A stretch of 64,000 bases of DNA from Malacoraja senta (taxonomy: Eukaryota). Each line of letters begins with the position of its first letter. Positions within the stretch are counted from its first letter, which is position 1. Below the pieces are notes generated by a model that saw only the letters and a program-made list of their open reading frames with translations, was not told where the DNA came from and searched no databases. The stretch spans positions 1-64,000 of the forward strand of contig JAXLNO010003607.1 in the NCBI GenBank assembly GCA_038087875.1, in the 5' to 3' direction. The translations under genes were made by a program, and so were the position numbers. Shown piece after piece: positions 37,110-49,645 of the stretch.

Positions 37110-39177
37110 ATTAGCTGCCTTCTGCAGGTAGCATCTCCTGCAGAGCCCTTTGATGGTGAAGAGATCATCACCTGTGACGGACTGAGCCGTTTCTGCGTAA
37201 CACACGCGTAACACCAACATCGTCACACTGTACAAGAACAAGGGAATGCACCAACTACTGTTCTATTTAATTATTTAATTGTCATATGTACAGGCAACAG
37301 AACCGTTAAATTATTTCTTGCTGTAGATTAACAAACCTGTAATTGCAACAACACAAAAATGCATTAATCAAAATGTCAGTAAATTAATCGTCTTGATACC
37401 AGTGTAAATATTGTCTGTAAAGCAACTTAAGCCTCAGTCTGTAGTTCTTCATGGTTCATAGTTGTGGTTAGTGTTGGGCAATGCTTACGAGCCTGATGGT
37501 TGCTGGGAAGAAGCTGCTCCTGAACCAGGAGGTTATGTTTTTTAAGGTACAGAACCTTGTTGCAAATGGTAGGACTGAAATATCGAGAGTGTGGTCAGGA
37601 TGGTGTGGGTCTTTGACATTAGCTACCTTTTGGATGCAGCATCTCCTGTAGATCGCTTTGATGGTGGGGAGATCATTACCTGTGATGCACTGAGCAGTTT
37701 CTACCACTCTGTATTCTTCTTCATTCCTGGGAGTTTGAATTGCTGAACCAGGCTGCAGTGCAACCAGTCAGTGTGCTCTCTCCCATACAACTGTCCAAGT
37801 TCAACAGAGTATTCATCAACATGCCGAATCTCCTCAATCTTCTGAACAAGTAGAGGTGATGATGAGTCTTGTATGTGATTGCATTGATGTGCTGGACCCA
37901 GGACAGATCTTCAGAGACATGGACAACCAGGAACTTGCAACATAACATTCTCCACCACTGCCCCATGAATGAAGACAAGTTTGTGGATCATCGGTTTTCC
38001 CCTCCTGAGGTGATCGACCTCTGCCATGTTTCCTGTGATTGACCAGATGACAATATCTGATGAGATGGCCATGGACCAGGGCTGGCACGCAGAAGCTTTA
38101 TCACACCTGACCCTGCTGTGTTCCTGAGGAAGATCTGGTGTCACTGGGAATATGGAGCTGATCCTCTATAAACTGCCCTCAATGGAAGACCATGATGAAG
38201 GTGCATCTATAGAGCTCGGCTGTCAGCGAAGTTGGAACAGAAATCTGCTGGAGCAACTCAGTGGGTCAGGCAACATCTGTGGAGGGAATGGACAGACGAT
38301 GTTTGAATCCGGACCCACCAAGACTCCATTCTTGTCTCCATTTACCAGGTTGGATTATGATGGCAGGAAATGGCCAAGATTGATGATCACTGTGGACTGG
38401 AGTGACAGATGACTGAAGATCCTGAAGACCCAATCTTGCTCCACGGTCTGCGACCTTCCACACCTGGAACTGGAGAAGTTGTTGATGAACAACTTGGTGG
38501 GATTTCTTGTGGCCCTGGATCTACTCCAGATTGTTTGAAGGGACAAATGTGACAGATGTCTGAGTGCCAGCGATTGGCCGAGGACGGGCCCTCGGTGGGT
38601 GCCGGAGGTCGGTCGAGTATGTGGCGCCGAGAGAACATGGCATCTGGGGAGGGAATGGGCAGATGACGTTTGGATCAGGATCCTTCAAGACTCCATTCTT
38701 GTCTCCATTTACCAGGTCACTTTCTGACGACATGAAATGGGCAAGTTTAATGATCACAGTGGACTTGAATGACTGAACCTTGAAGATCCCAAAGGCCAAT
38801 CTTACTCAACGTTCTACGCGACCTTCCACACCTGGCATTGTTGAGGAACAACTTGGTGGGACATCTTGTCGCCCCGGATATCCTCCAGACAGTGTGAAGG
38901 GGAACATCTGCTGACTGATGAGGTCGTCAGCTGTTTGCGAGGAACTTTCTCGCCGAAGACTTGCATGAAAATGCCACTGGGGCAGATGATGAGTCAGAGC
39001 TGGACGAGTTAGACATATTTCTTAAAGGGCGTGGATTCTCCCGTGCAACCTCAACAGGGATTGGATAGCACGCAACAGAAGCTATGTCAGGAACCCGAGT
39101 GCCGTTCGTGGAAAACCATCGGATATGAAGCCACATCGGTGAGGACCGCACCGGAATTTCTCACTCCGTCCAACAAA

Positions 39178-39208
39178 GGCCCTTTTAAGAGCCACTAGAA
39201 AAAGAGCT
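39178..39208 (+). promoter_or_regulatory. Second copy of the histone stem-loop + U7 element
   Basis: Identical to 35702-35732 at offset 3476. Confidence 0.85.
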
Positions 39209-41934
39209 ACAACCTCTTCCCCACCTGCGCTCTCATCTGCATTTGAGATTTCATCGTCAACATTTCCCAGTACAACTGGCAGCGATCAGTTGCACGGAGG
39301 AATCCACGCCTTTTAAGAAATTTGTCAAACACATCTGGCTCTGACTCATCATCTGCCCCAGTAGCAGTTTCCTGCAAGTCTTCAGAGGGAAAGGTCCTCA
39401 CAAATAGCTGGCGACCACATCAGACAGCAGAAGTTTAATGTTTTCCACTTCATACCTTCTGGGGGAGATCCAGGCCCACAAGAGGTCCCACCAAGTTGTT
39501 CCTCAAAAGCTTCTCAAGCGCCAGGTGTGGAAGGTCATGGAGAACTTGGAGTAAGATGCCATTCAAGTCCACGGTGATCATCGACCTCCGCCACGTTCCT
39601 GAGATTGACCAGAGGACAAGATCTGAAGGGACGGCCACGGACCAGGGGTGGCACGCAGAAGCTTCATCACACCTGACCCTGCTGTGTTGCTGAGGGAACC
39701 TCCCGGTGAGCGCCGCACAGCCGTGCTGGAGCCGACCCAGCAATCGGCACGGAGCCGGTCAAGACCAGACTCGGCCGGCGGTGACCGCAAACAAGGAAGA
39801 GCCCGGCAGCCAAAGTGTCTGTGGAGAACGAGGGTCAAAGACGGGCCCGCGTTGGGTGCCGGAGGTCGGTCGAGGACGTGCTGCCGAGAAGGAAGAGGGA
39901 CCATCGGGACCACATTGGTCACTCATCACCCCAACAGAAGAAGGACTTCAGGGGCTGATGGACAGACTGTCTCAAGCTCGCAACAAAGACCGACTGACAA
40001 TCATCAGAGAGACGGTGGTGTCCCTCAACACATGTGTAACACCAACATCGTCACACTGCACAAGGACAAGGGAGATCACAGCAAGTGCACCAACTACAAG
40101 GGACATCTCACTTCTGAGTGTTACAGGAAAGGCCTTTGCCAGAGTGATCCTACAAAGACTGCACAGACTCGCTGACCTGAGGCACAATGCGGTTTCCATG
40201 GAGATAGATCCACAATGGACATGATCTTCTCCCTGCGTCAAATCCAAGAAAAATGTCAAGAGCAGCAAACCCCATTGTTCATCGCCTTTGTGGATGTTAC
40301 GAAAGCTTTTGATTCTGTCAGCAGACATGGCCTCTACCACCTACTGGAGAAGATTAGATGTCCACCACGTCTTCTAAACCTCTCTTGGTCCTTCCATGAG
40401 AACATGCATCTACAGTGGAAATTGATGAAGCTACATCGGATAGTTTCCACATGAGAAGTGGAGTGAAGCAAGGCTGTGACCCAACTCCCATGGTGTTTGG
40501 CATCTTCCTATCTGCCCTTTGCCTTCCCAACATACACGGGAGACGTGTATCTTCAAACCAGAAGTGACGGGATGCTCTTCAATGTGGCAATGTTGAAAGC
40601 CAAGACGAAGGTGAGAACTGTGCTTATAAGGGAACTCCAGCCCGCTGATGATGCTGCACTCAGTTCCTCAACAGAAGAAGGACTTCAGGGGCTGATGGAC
40701 AGACTGTCTCATGCTTGCACCAAAGACCGACTGGCAATCAGCATTAAGATGACTGTTGTCATGGATCAGGGCACTCCACTCCCCTCTGAAATCACCCTAA
40801 ACACCACTACGCTGGAAAATGTCTTAAATTCACCAACCTAGGATCTACGGTGACTGACAGCCACTCTCTGGATGAGGAAACCAATTCACGTACAGTAACC
40901 CACCTTCGAGAGACTAAGCAAGTGGACATGGAAGAACAGGAAACTCACAATGAAGACCAAGGTAACTGTCTACAACGGAGACAGTTTTTATTTTTTTATT
41001 CTGCTTATATGTTTTGTAATCTGCTTATCTGCAAGGCATCCTTGAGAGTCTTTGAAAGGTGCCCATAAGTGTAATGATAAATAAAAAATAAAAAAATAAA
41101 AATCAATGAAGTCAAGTTTGTGGATCTGCGGCTTTCTCCTGAGGTCAACAAATAGCTCTGTGGTTCTGCAGACATTGAGAACAAAACGTCTGCACTGGCA
41201 GCATTTCCTCTCAATCTCTCTCCTGTACTCTGACTCGTCATTACCCATTATTTGTCCAACAACGGTGGTATCGTCGGTGAAATTTAAAGATGGCTTTGGA
41301 ATGGTCTGGCTGTGCAGTCCTGGTCATAGAGCAGGGGAGTGAACACACAGCCTTGAGCTGGTCATGTGTTGGTTATAGAGGAGGAGGTGTTGCCCGTTTG
41401 TGCTGATTGTGGTCTGCTGATGAGGAAATTGAAGATCCTTTTGTACAGGATTGAGCAGAGACAAGGTTAAGGAGATGTGTGAGGACATCCAGGACAGATT
41501 TTCAGAGACATGGACACGCAGGAACTTGCAACATAATGTTCTCCACCACTGCCCCATGAATGAAAACAAGTTTGTGGATCATCGACTTTCCCCTCCTGAG
41601 GTCATCGACCTCTGCTGTGTTTCTTGTGATTGACCAGAGGACAATATCTGAAGAGACGGCCATGGACCAGGGCTGGCACGCAGAAGCATCATCACACCTG
41701 ACCCTGCTGTGTTGCTGAGGAAGATCTGGTGTCACTGGGAATGTGGAGCTGATCCTCTGTAAACTGCCCTCAGTGGAAGACCATGATAGAGATGTGTTTT
41801 TAGAGCTCGGCTGTCAGCGAAGGAGGAGCAGAAAACTGCTGGAGGAACTCAGCGGGTCAGGCAGCATCTGCGGAGGAAATGGACATATGACATTTGGATC
41901 GAGACCCTTCAAGAATCCATTCTTGTCTCCATTT

Positions 41935-42125
41935 ACCAGGTCAGTTTCTGATGACAGGAAATGGCCAAGATTGACCATCATCATGGACTTGCATGTCAGA
42001 TGCTTGAAGATACTGAAGACCCAATCTTGCTCCACGTGCTCTGCGAACTTCCACACCTGGCGCTGGAGAAGCTGTTGAGGAACAACTTGGTGGGATTTCT
42101 TAGGGTGCTGGATCTCCTCCAGATT
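41935..42125 (-). pseudogene. Antisense H3 pseudogene fragment
   Basis: ORF 41814-42182(-) contains LEEIQHPKKS...LQRQVWKFAE...SETDLVN. Confidence 0.7.
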
Positions 42126-43434
42126 GATTGAAGGTGGGTGCCAGAGGTCGGTCGAAGACACGACTCCGAGAGGACTTTTCATCTGTGGAGGGATTGGACA
42201 GACAACGGTTTGGATCAGGAACCTTCAAGATTCCATTCTTGTCTCCATTTACCAGGTCGGTTTCTGATGACAGGAAATGGCCAAGATTAATGATCACCGT
42301 GGACTTGAATGACAGAAAATTGAAGCCGCTCAAGACCGGACTCGGCCCGCAATGGCCACGAACAAGGACAAACCCGGCAGCCGAAGTGACCGCCGAGACA
42401 AGTGTCCAGTACGGGCCCTCGGTAGGTGCCCGAGGCCAGACTGCTCATGGAATGACGCGCCGCTGAGAAGGAAGAGGAACCATCGGGACCATATTGGTCA
42501 CTCATCACCCCAACAGAAGAAGGACTTCAGGGGTTGATGGACAAACTGTCTCCTGCTTGCAATGATTACCGATTGGCAATCAGTATTAAGACGACTGTTG
42601 TCATGGACCAAGACACTCCACTCCTCTCTAAAATCATCCTAAACACCAGTCAGGTGGAAACTGTCATCAAATTCACCTACCTAGGATCAACGTTGACTGA
42701 CTGCCACTCTGTGGACGAGGAAATCAATTCACCTACAGCAAACCACCTTCCTATACAGTAACCACATTCTGGAGTATATCCAAGCAGACATGGAAGAACA
42801 GGAGTAACAATGTCCTATTGGCAGCATTCCCTCAGATTATCAATCTCTCTCCTGTACTCTGTCTGACTCGTCATTACCCATTATTTGTCCAACAATGGTG
42901 GTACCGTCGATGAAATTTAAAGACGGCATTGGAATGGTCTGGCTGTGCAGTCCTGGTCATAGAGCAGGGGACTGAACACACAGCCTTGAGCTGGTCCTGT
43001 GTTGGTTATAGAGGAGGGGGTGTTGCCAGTTTGTGCTGAGCTGGAGGCCTTGCTCGAGACTGACATTGAGCCCCACCGCAGGGTCGTGGACTTACCATCG
43101 GAGCCTGCGATCCCTTGCCTGTGATCGACACTCCAACTGTGGGTTTCAACATCAAGGAGCTCGCAATCTCAGGTAGAAACTGATGTCAGGAAGGTCCAAA
43201 GTCGCAGGAGGTTCGACCAGCCCCAACCCGGGGTCTGATCGCCTGACGCGGGGGAGCTGAGATCCCCCCGATGCAGGAGCTTGATCGCCCCAACGCGGAG
43301 GGCCAGACCGCTGGCTACGGGAGCCAAGATCGCCCCGTCAACTGAAGTCTCGAGGACCCCGATTGCAGGAGAACAAAGAAGGGAAGAGATTGAACTTTTT
43401 CTAGGGTGATCATCAGCCTCTGATTGACCTGAGA

Positions 43435-43750
43435 TTGACCATAGGACAAGATCTGAAGAGATGGCCATGTACCAAGGGAAACATGTAGAAGCATCATCGC
43501 TCCTGACTCATCTGTGTTCCTGAGGACAATGTGGTGCTGCTAGGAATAGACTGAGCTGCTTCTCCGCTGAACTGCCTTCCAGTCCCTGGTATGGGACATC
43601 GCTCGGGACTTCAGGTAAGACCTTTACTTGGGTATCCTTCCTCTGCAATTCCCTACGAGATAGACCTTACAAACAGTTGTAGAACACTCACTGGCAGCAT
43701 ATTCATGGCTCCCGATCTCTCACTGTCTGAAGCAGCTCCTGTGCCACCAA
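43435..43750 (+). pseudogene. Most complete histone H3 pseudogene in the window
   Basis: 43511-43630 translates without gaps to SVFLRTMWCC*E*TELLLR*TAFQSLVWDIARDFR*DLYL versus H3 [40 protein letters not shown] (18/40 identical). Downstream *NTHWQHIHGSR resembles EDTNLCAIHAKR. Confidence 0.88.
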
Positions 43751-43809
43751 CAATGTAGACAGCTGTCGGTCTTCAAACTGCTCTGCCAGTGCCACTTGTC
43801 ATAAGTTCA

Positions 43810-45140
43810 TTAGTCATAGGACCAAAATTAGGCCATTCAGCCCATCAAGTCTACTCCACCATTCAACCATGGCTGATCTATCTTTCCCTCTCAACCCCAT
43901 TCTCCTGCCTTCACCCCATAACCCGATACCCGTACTAATAAAAAATCTGTCAATCTCTGCCTCAAAAATATCCATTGCCTTGGCCTCCATCTCCATCTGT
44001 GGCAAATAATTCCACAGTTTCACCACCCTCTGACTAAAGAAATTCCTTCTCATCTTTCTAAAGGTACATTGTTTTATTCTGAGGCTATGGCTTCTGGTCC
44101 AAGACTCTCCGACTGGTGGAAACATCCTCTCCACATCCACTTTCACTATTTGGTAAGTTTCAATGAGTACCCCCTCATCCTTCTAAACTCCAGCAAGTAC
44201 AGGCTCAGTGCCGCCAAATGCCATCATATCTTAACCCAATCATTCCTGAGATCATTCTCGTAAATGTTCTCTGGACCAACACACCCTTCCTGAGATTTGG
44301 TGCCCAAAACTGCTCACAATATTCCAAATGTGGTCTGACCAGTGCCTTATGAACTCCTCAGCATTGCATCCCTGTTTTTGTATTCTAGCCCTCTCAAAAT
44401 AACTGCCGGCTTTGCATTTGCCTTCCTTACCACCGATTCAACTTGCAAATTAACTTTTTAGGAATCCTGCAGCAGCACTCCCGAGTCCCTTTGCACCTCC
44501 AAATCCTGAATTCTCTTCCCATTTAGAAAATAGTCTACGCCTTTATTCCAACTACCAAAATGCATGACTACACATTTTGCTATGCTGTATTCCAACTGCT
44601 AATTCTCAGCCCATTCTCTCAACCTTCTGTTACCTTCTGTTGTTTTTTTAAAAGCTTCCCAATTCTCCAGCTACCCCACTAACCTTTGCAATGTTATATG
44701 CCTTCTCTTTAATTTTATTCCTCCTTGTCTCCTTTCTAAAGATACATCCGTTAATTCTGAAGCTGTGCCCTCTTGTTCTAGACTCTCTCCCACTAGTGGA
44801 AACATCCTCTCACATCTACCCTTTCCAGCCTTTCATTATTCAATGAGGTTCCCCCCCTCATCCTTCTAAACTCCAGCGAGTACAGGTCCAGAGCCGCCAA
44901 ACATTCATCATATATGAATCCAATCATTCTCATAAACCTCCTCTGCACCCTCTCTAATACCAGCATATCCCTCTTCAGATATGGGTCCCAAAACTGCTCA
45001 CAATATTCCAAATGTGGTCTGATCAGTGCCTTATTAAGCCTCAGCATTACATCTCTTTTTTATATATTTTAGAGTTACTCCAGCTTTTTGAGTTTATATT
45101 CCAGTTGTCTTGAAATGAATGCTAACATTGCATTTGCCTT
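43810..45140 (-). mobile_element. Two decayed CR1 fragments
   Basis: FFSQRVVKLWN and LIRPHLEYC.QFW on the minus strand. Confidence 0.85.
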
Positions 45141-45179
45141 GTTATTTGTATGTGCAGGATTGCTCAGTATTTGGAGAAA

Positions 45180-45365
45180 CAATGGGCTTTGGGATCTTCA
45201 GCATTGCCCTGCCCTTCAAGTCCATGGCTGATGATCTACCTCCAACATTTTGCTGCACAGTGCCAGAGGGAAAAATCGAGTAGAAGCCCATTGAAGCCTC
45301 GTCACTACGGACTGCAACCTGTTCCAAAGAGAGAGATCAGATGTCACCAGAAACCCACTGTAACC
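45180..45365 (+). pseudogene. Distal H3 fragment
   Basis: KPRHYGLQPVPKREIRCHQKPT matches [22 protein letters not shown]. It is preceded by the same gggatcttca...ttcaagtcca module as the other copies. Confidence 0.7.
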
Positions 45366-47759
45366 ACTCTGGACACTGCTCTTCCAGGGTGCAGGACGTA
45401 CTCAGTATGTACCCTTCCAAAGGTTGTCTATGTAGACAGCAAGACTTAACCTGTTGGGGTCATGACTATGTATTGTCCAACCACGGAGTTGTTCTGAAGT
45501 CCTGACCTCCCTTTCTTTTGCAGCAGGTGACTCAAATCCCACCCACCCTTTTGAAGGTCATTGTAAAAGCCACTAATAAAGAGCCGTGATCTTGTATATT
45601 GGTCTTTTTTTATTTTGTGTCTCTGGAATTCTGGACTCTCAATACATCTCACCAAAGCTAAGAAATCTGGTTATGGTAAAGAGTTCTCAAATACAAATGT
45701 AATGACTTTATGCTGATGGAATTCTACAAGATGCCGTTGTTATCAAGAAGGAGGAGGTGTTGGGCTCTGCGAAGCAGTGAAGTGGAGAGGTGCCAGGGGC
45801 TGACCGGATCGATGGAATTGTGACAGGCCATTGGACACAGATGCATCCCACAGAACACAGAACAGTACAGCATTTTCGATGATCAGCCATAATCATATTG
45901 AATGGTGGTGCTGGCTCGAAGGGCCAAATGGCCTGCTCCTGCACCTATGTTTCTATCTATCAGTCTATCTGTGACTCTATCTATGACTCTATCTCTGCCT
46001 TCCCCACATCCATGTTCACCCACACACTGTGCTACTAAGTTGCCACTCCACTTTGACTTTTAATTCTGAAGCATACTGGTACAGTCTGCTTCAAAATTAC
46101 AGTTAAAGACTGTCTGGCCACTTCTGAGAATGATTTCTCCTCTGTTTATTCAAATTCCATTCACGCCATATTAACCCATTTAAATAAACGGGGCAAAGCC
46201 TTTAAAATGGCAGAGCGCAACCTGATACGATGCCCTTAAGCCTCCTGTGATAACATCTCCCATCATTTACAGCTTCATACTTTGCCTTCTGACACTCTGT
46301 AATGGGCGCACAAGTGATATGTGAAGTCTTGATATTACCACAGGGTATCTAAATATAGCACACGTTAGATGTAGGCTGTCTACTAAAGCTATTAACTCTG
46401 GCCATAAATGAAATGAAAGCAGCATATTAACCGCGCTCCGTGCTTGCATTCTGTCAGCTTTCTCTGCAGTTGTCACATTGCAGTGTCAGCTACAGCTGCA
46501 GCCCCGACTGATGTCTGCTCACACCTCTGTCTTGTAGTCTGCAACATCCCCAGGAGTCTGGGACCCCTCCTTTTCCACCTCTCACCAGTCTGCTGCTCCC
46601 CCCCCCCTCCACCTCTCTCCCTGCCCCCCTCCCCCATCCACCTCTCCCTGCCCCACCCCCCTCCTCCACCTCTAAAAACACTTGGACGGGGTTACATGGA
46701 TATGAAAGGTTTAGAGGGATGTGGATCAAATGCAGGCAAACAGGACTAGTTTAGATGGGCATCTAGGCTGCCATGTTGGGCTGAAGGGCCTGTTTCCATG
46801 CTCTGCAAATCGATGACATTCACTTCCCTCTTCAAAACACATTTGATTTCATTCAAAATAATCTTATTGCCAGCGTCAGCAATTTGCCAAAGTATCTCAA
46901 TACATGCCCAATGCATCATCTAAAATAGACTTTTAATTGTTTACATTTAGACGAACCCTTCTGTGGTCAATAGCTTCCTTGGATTAACTAGTCACCTTGT
47001 AAACCTTCATGGATCACGGTAAACTCTTTGCTGAAGAATATTCATCCAGCTTCCATAATGTTTCCTTGTGTGATGTTCAACATCTTCACGTAACCACAGG
47101 TTGTCTTGTTTCCCTTGAGGACATTCTTCTCCAAATACCAATGCCCAGGATTTACTGGAATATTCAATTCTAGTACAAATGCTCTTTGCATTCTTATTTC
47201 ATAGTCTTTGGAAATTATTATTGGCACTGTTATAGAGTCATATAATCGTTGTATAGTACAGCACAGGAACAGACCCTTTGGCCCACTTGTACATGCTGAC
47301 CAAATTGACATATTGGGCCAGTCCTATTTGCCTAGGTGCCCAGGTGCAGAAGAATGTCATTAAATTGGAAAGAGTGAAGAGGACGTTCACCAGGATGTTT
47401 CCTGGGCTTGTGGGCTTGAGTTATATTGGCCCATATCCCTCTAAACTTGTCCCATCCATATATCTGTTCAAATACGTTTAAAAATCATAATTGTATCTGC
47501 TTCTTTTGCTTTCCCTGGCAGCCCGTTCCTGATATAGATTAACCTGCATGAAAAAGTTGCCCCTGAGGTCCCTCTTAAATCTCCCACCTCTTGCTTTAAG
47601 CCTGTGTCCTCAAGTATTTGAATCCTCTAACCTGGGAAAAAGACTGTGAGCGTTCACTTTATCCATGCCCCTCATGATTTTGCACACCTCAAACAAAATC
47701 ACCACTCAGCCTGCTACACTTCAAAGAAAAAATGTGTAGCCTAACCGACTTTCCTCTAT

Positions 47760-47992
47760 ACAGAGAGTGTTGAGTCTGGAATTCTCTGCCTCAGAGGGCG
47801 GTGGAGGCAGGTTCTCTGGATGCTTTCAAGAGAGAGCTAGATAGGGCTCTTAAAAATAGCGGAGTCAGGGGATATGGGGAGAAGGCAGGAACGGGGTACT
47901 GATTGGGGATGATCAGCCATAATCACATTGAATGGCGGTGCTAGCTCGAAGGGCCGAATGGCCTACTCCTGCACTTATTGTCTATTGTCTAT
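47760..47992 (+). mobile_element. Young CR1 3' end inserted in an older minus-strand CR1
   Basis: WNSLPQRAVEA..GYGEKAGTGY with a ttattgtctattgtctat tail; ctata occurs on both sides. Confidence 0.75.
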
Positions 47993-49524
47993 AACTCAAG
48001 CCCAGGTAACATCCTGGTGAACGTCTTCTTCTCTCTTTTCAATTTAATGACATTCTTCTGCACCTGGGCACCTAGAACTGCAAACTCCCCAAGTGTGGTC
48101 TCACGAAAGACTTGTACAACTGCAACATGATGTCCCAACTTTGGTACTCAATACTATTTCCAATGAAGGACAGCCTGCTGCAGATCTTAAATGCTTTGCA
48201 TCTAATCTAAATTCATTTCCTTTTCTTTTTTAATCATTTTAATCTGGATTGAGAAGCTTAACTAAAATGTTGGCTCAATTTCTTGCATTTAAGTCCAGTG
48301 AATAAAAGTAAAACTGGGTAACATGAGATTCTAGAATAAGTACTCACTGGAGACCACAGTGCAAGGAATGTGAAATTACCAAAGTGATATATCTACACCT
48401 TCCATTGGAATTAGGAGAATACTTTCCTCCCTAGTTCATTCATTTTATTTAAGTATTTCCTCAATTTTCTCTCCATTAAATTCTTACTTCCTCCCCAAGG
48501 ATAGAGGCAAGCTCACATTGGGAAATCTCTTTAGTGTCAGCCAATAACTTAAGCGGCCGGCCCTTGTGCTCGCTTTGTGACTGATGTTTGGATAGGTCTG
48601 GGCAAACACAAGGGATAATGTAAACCTAATTTGTAACATTGGATCTTGGCCAGAAACAGGCCTATCTCCATTCTGTTGACCGTTTGATCTTCAAGTCCCA
48701 GTTTTGGATTCTTTCCCCTCCCTCACCATCTCTCTGTTCCTCCATTTGTTAACTCATCTTTACAATTTCTTTGTCCGTGACAGTTAAGGGAAGGAGGCAG
48801 TGTGAGTGTTCGGACGTGCCGGCATGTGTCGATGTTTCTGGCCGTATAGTCTGCTGGAGTTCTACATCGAGATGGAAAAATGGAGGCGGGGGTTTGGGGA
48901 AGGTAATCCAATAAAATCAACCAAGTAGTAAACCCCTCCGGATCATGCCTTGCACATAAATTCCACGTTCAACAGACAACAGGAATCTGGCTTCATGTGC
49001 ACTTGTAGCATGAAATTGACTTGAGATTTGTCAAGATTAGCTGAGAGTAATTGTGTTCTTGAGGTAAACCATAGTAAGAGGATGAAGTCATGCGAATATG
49101 GTTCCAACTGGAAGTGGAGAGAGTGAGGCCACACAGAGGTTAACAGCAATTTATTCATCACAGGTAGGACAGATAAAATGAACCGCAGAGACCGCAGTAA
49201 AATAACAGTGTGGTCAGAGAAGAAAAAGAAAAGGAATTAGTCTTGCCATGACGATGTGGGATGAATGACGGACTGGCAGAGTGGGACATGGAGAGGTAAC
49301 GTTGCCCTGAACAAAGCTCTGGGGAATTCACAGTTGCCATGGAAACGGAAGAGAGAGTCAACTGACGGAGAGCAGCCAAAGCCCCACAGGGAATGATAAT
49401 GGTGCAGAATGCTGTTAACGTCAGCAACACCATTCTGGGTCATAACACAAGGTGCACAGCGTCTGCAGTGAATAACGGGGAGGGCAACTTTGTCACAAGG
49501 GGGAAGCACCAAAAGTGAGAGTTT

Positions 49525-49645
49525 TTTAGTGTAGTCTAGTTTAGTTTAGTTTAGTTTTTTAGTTTAGTTACATTTATAGTTTAGTTTAGAAGTTTAATTT
49601 AGTATAGTAGTTTAGTTTATTTAGTAGTTTAGTTTTGTTTAGTTG
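49525..49645. repeat. (TTTAG)n degenerate microsatellite
   Basis: Direct reading; same motif as the SINE tails. Confidence 0.85.

Larger units (their letters stand above)
33634..40452. repeat. Recent tandem duplication; units 33634-37109 and 37110-40452
   Basis: ORFs repeat at an offset of 3476 (33992 vs 37468) and of 3344 after an internal replacement (36628 vs 39972). Only scattered substitutions. Confidence 0.95.

Noticed and set aside
41743-42078. CSTCSANFHTWRWRSC as a FYVE-like zinc finger
   Set aside because: It is the antisense reading of the H3 helix-1 remnant and ends in a stop.
24340-45365. Endogenous giant-virus histone doublet or repeat genes
   Set aside because: There are no viral genes nearby and no open fused frame. 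The metazoan stem-loop/U7 signals and CCAAT/TATA promoter indicate host histone genes.
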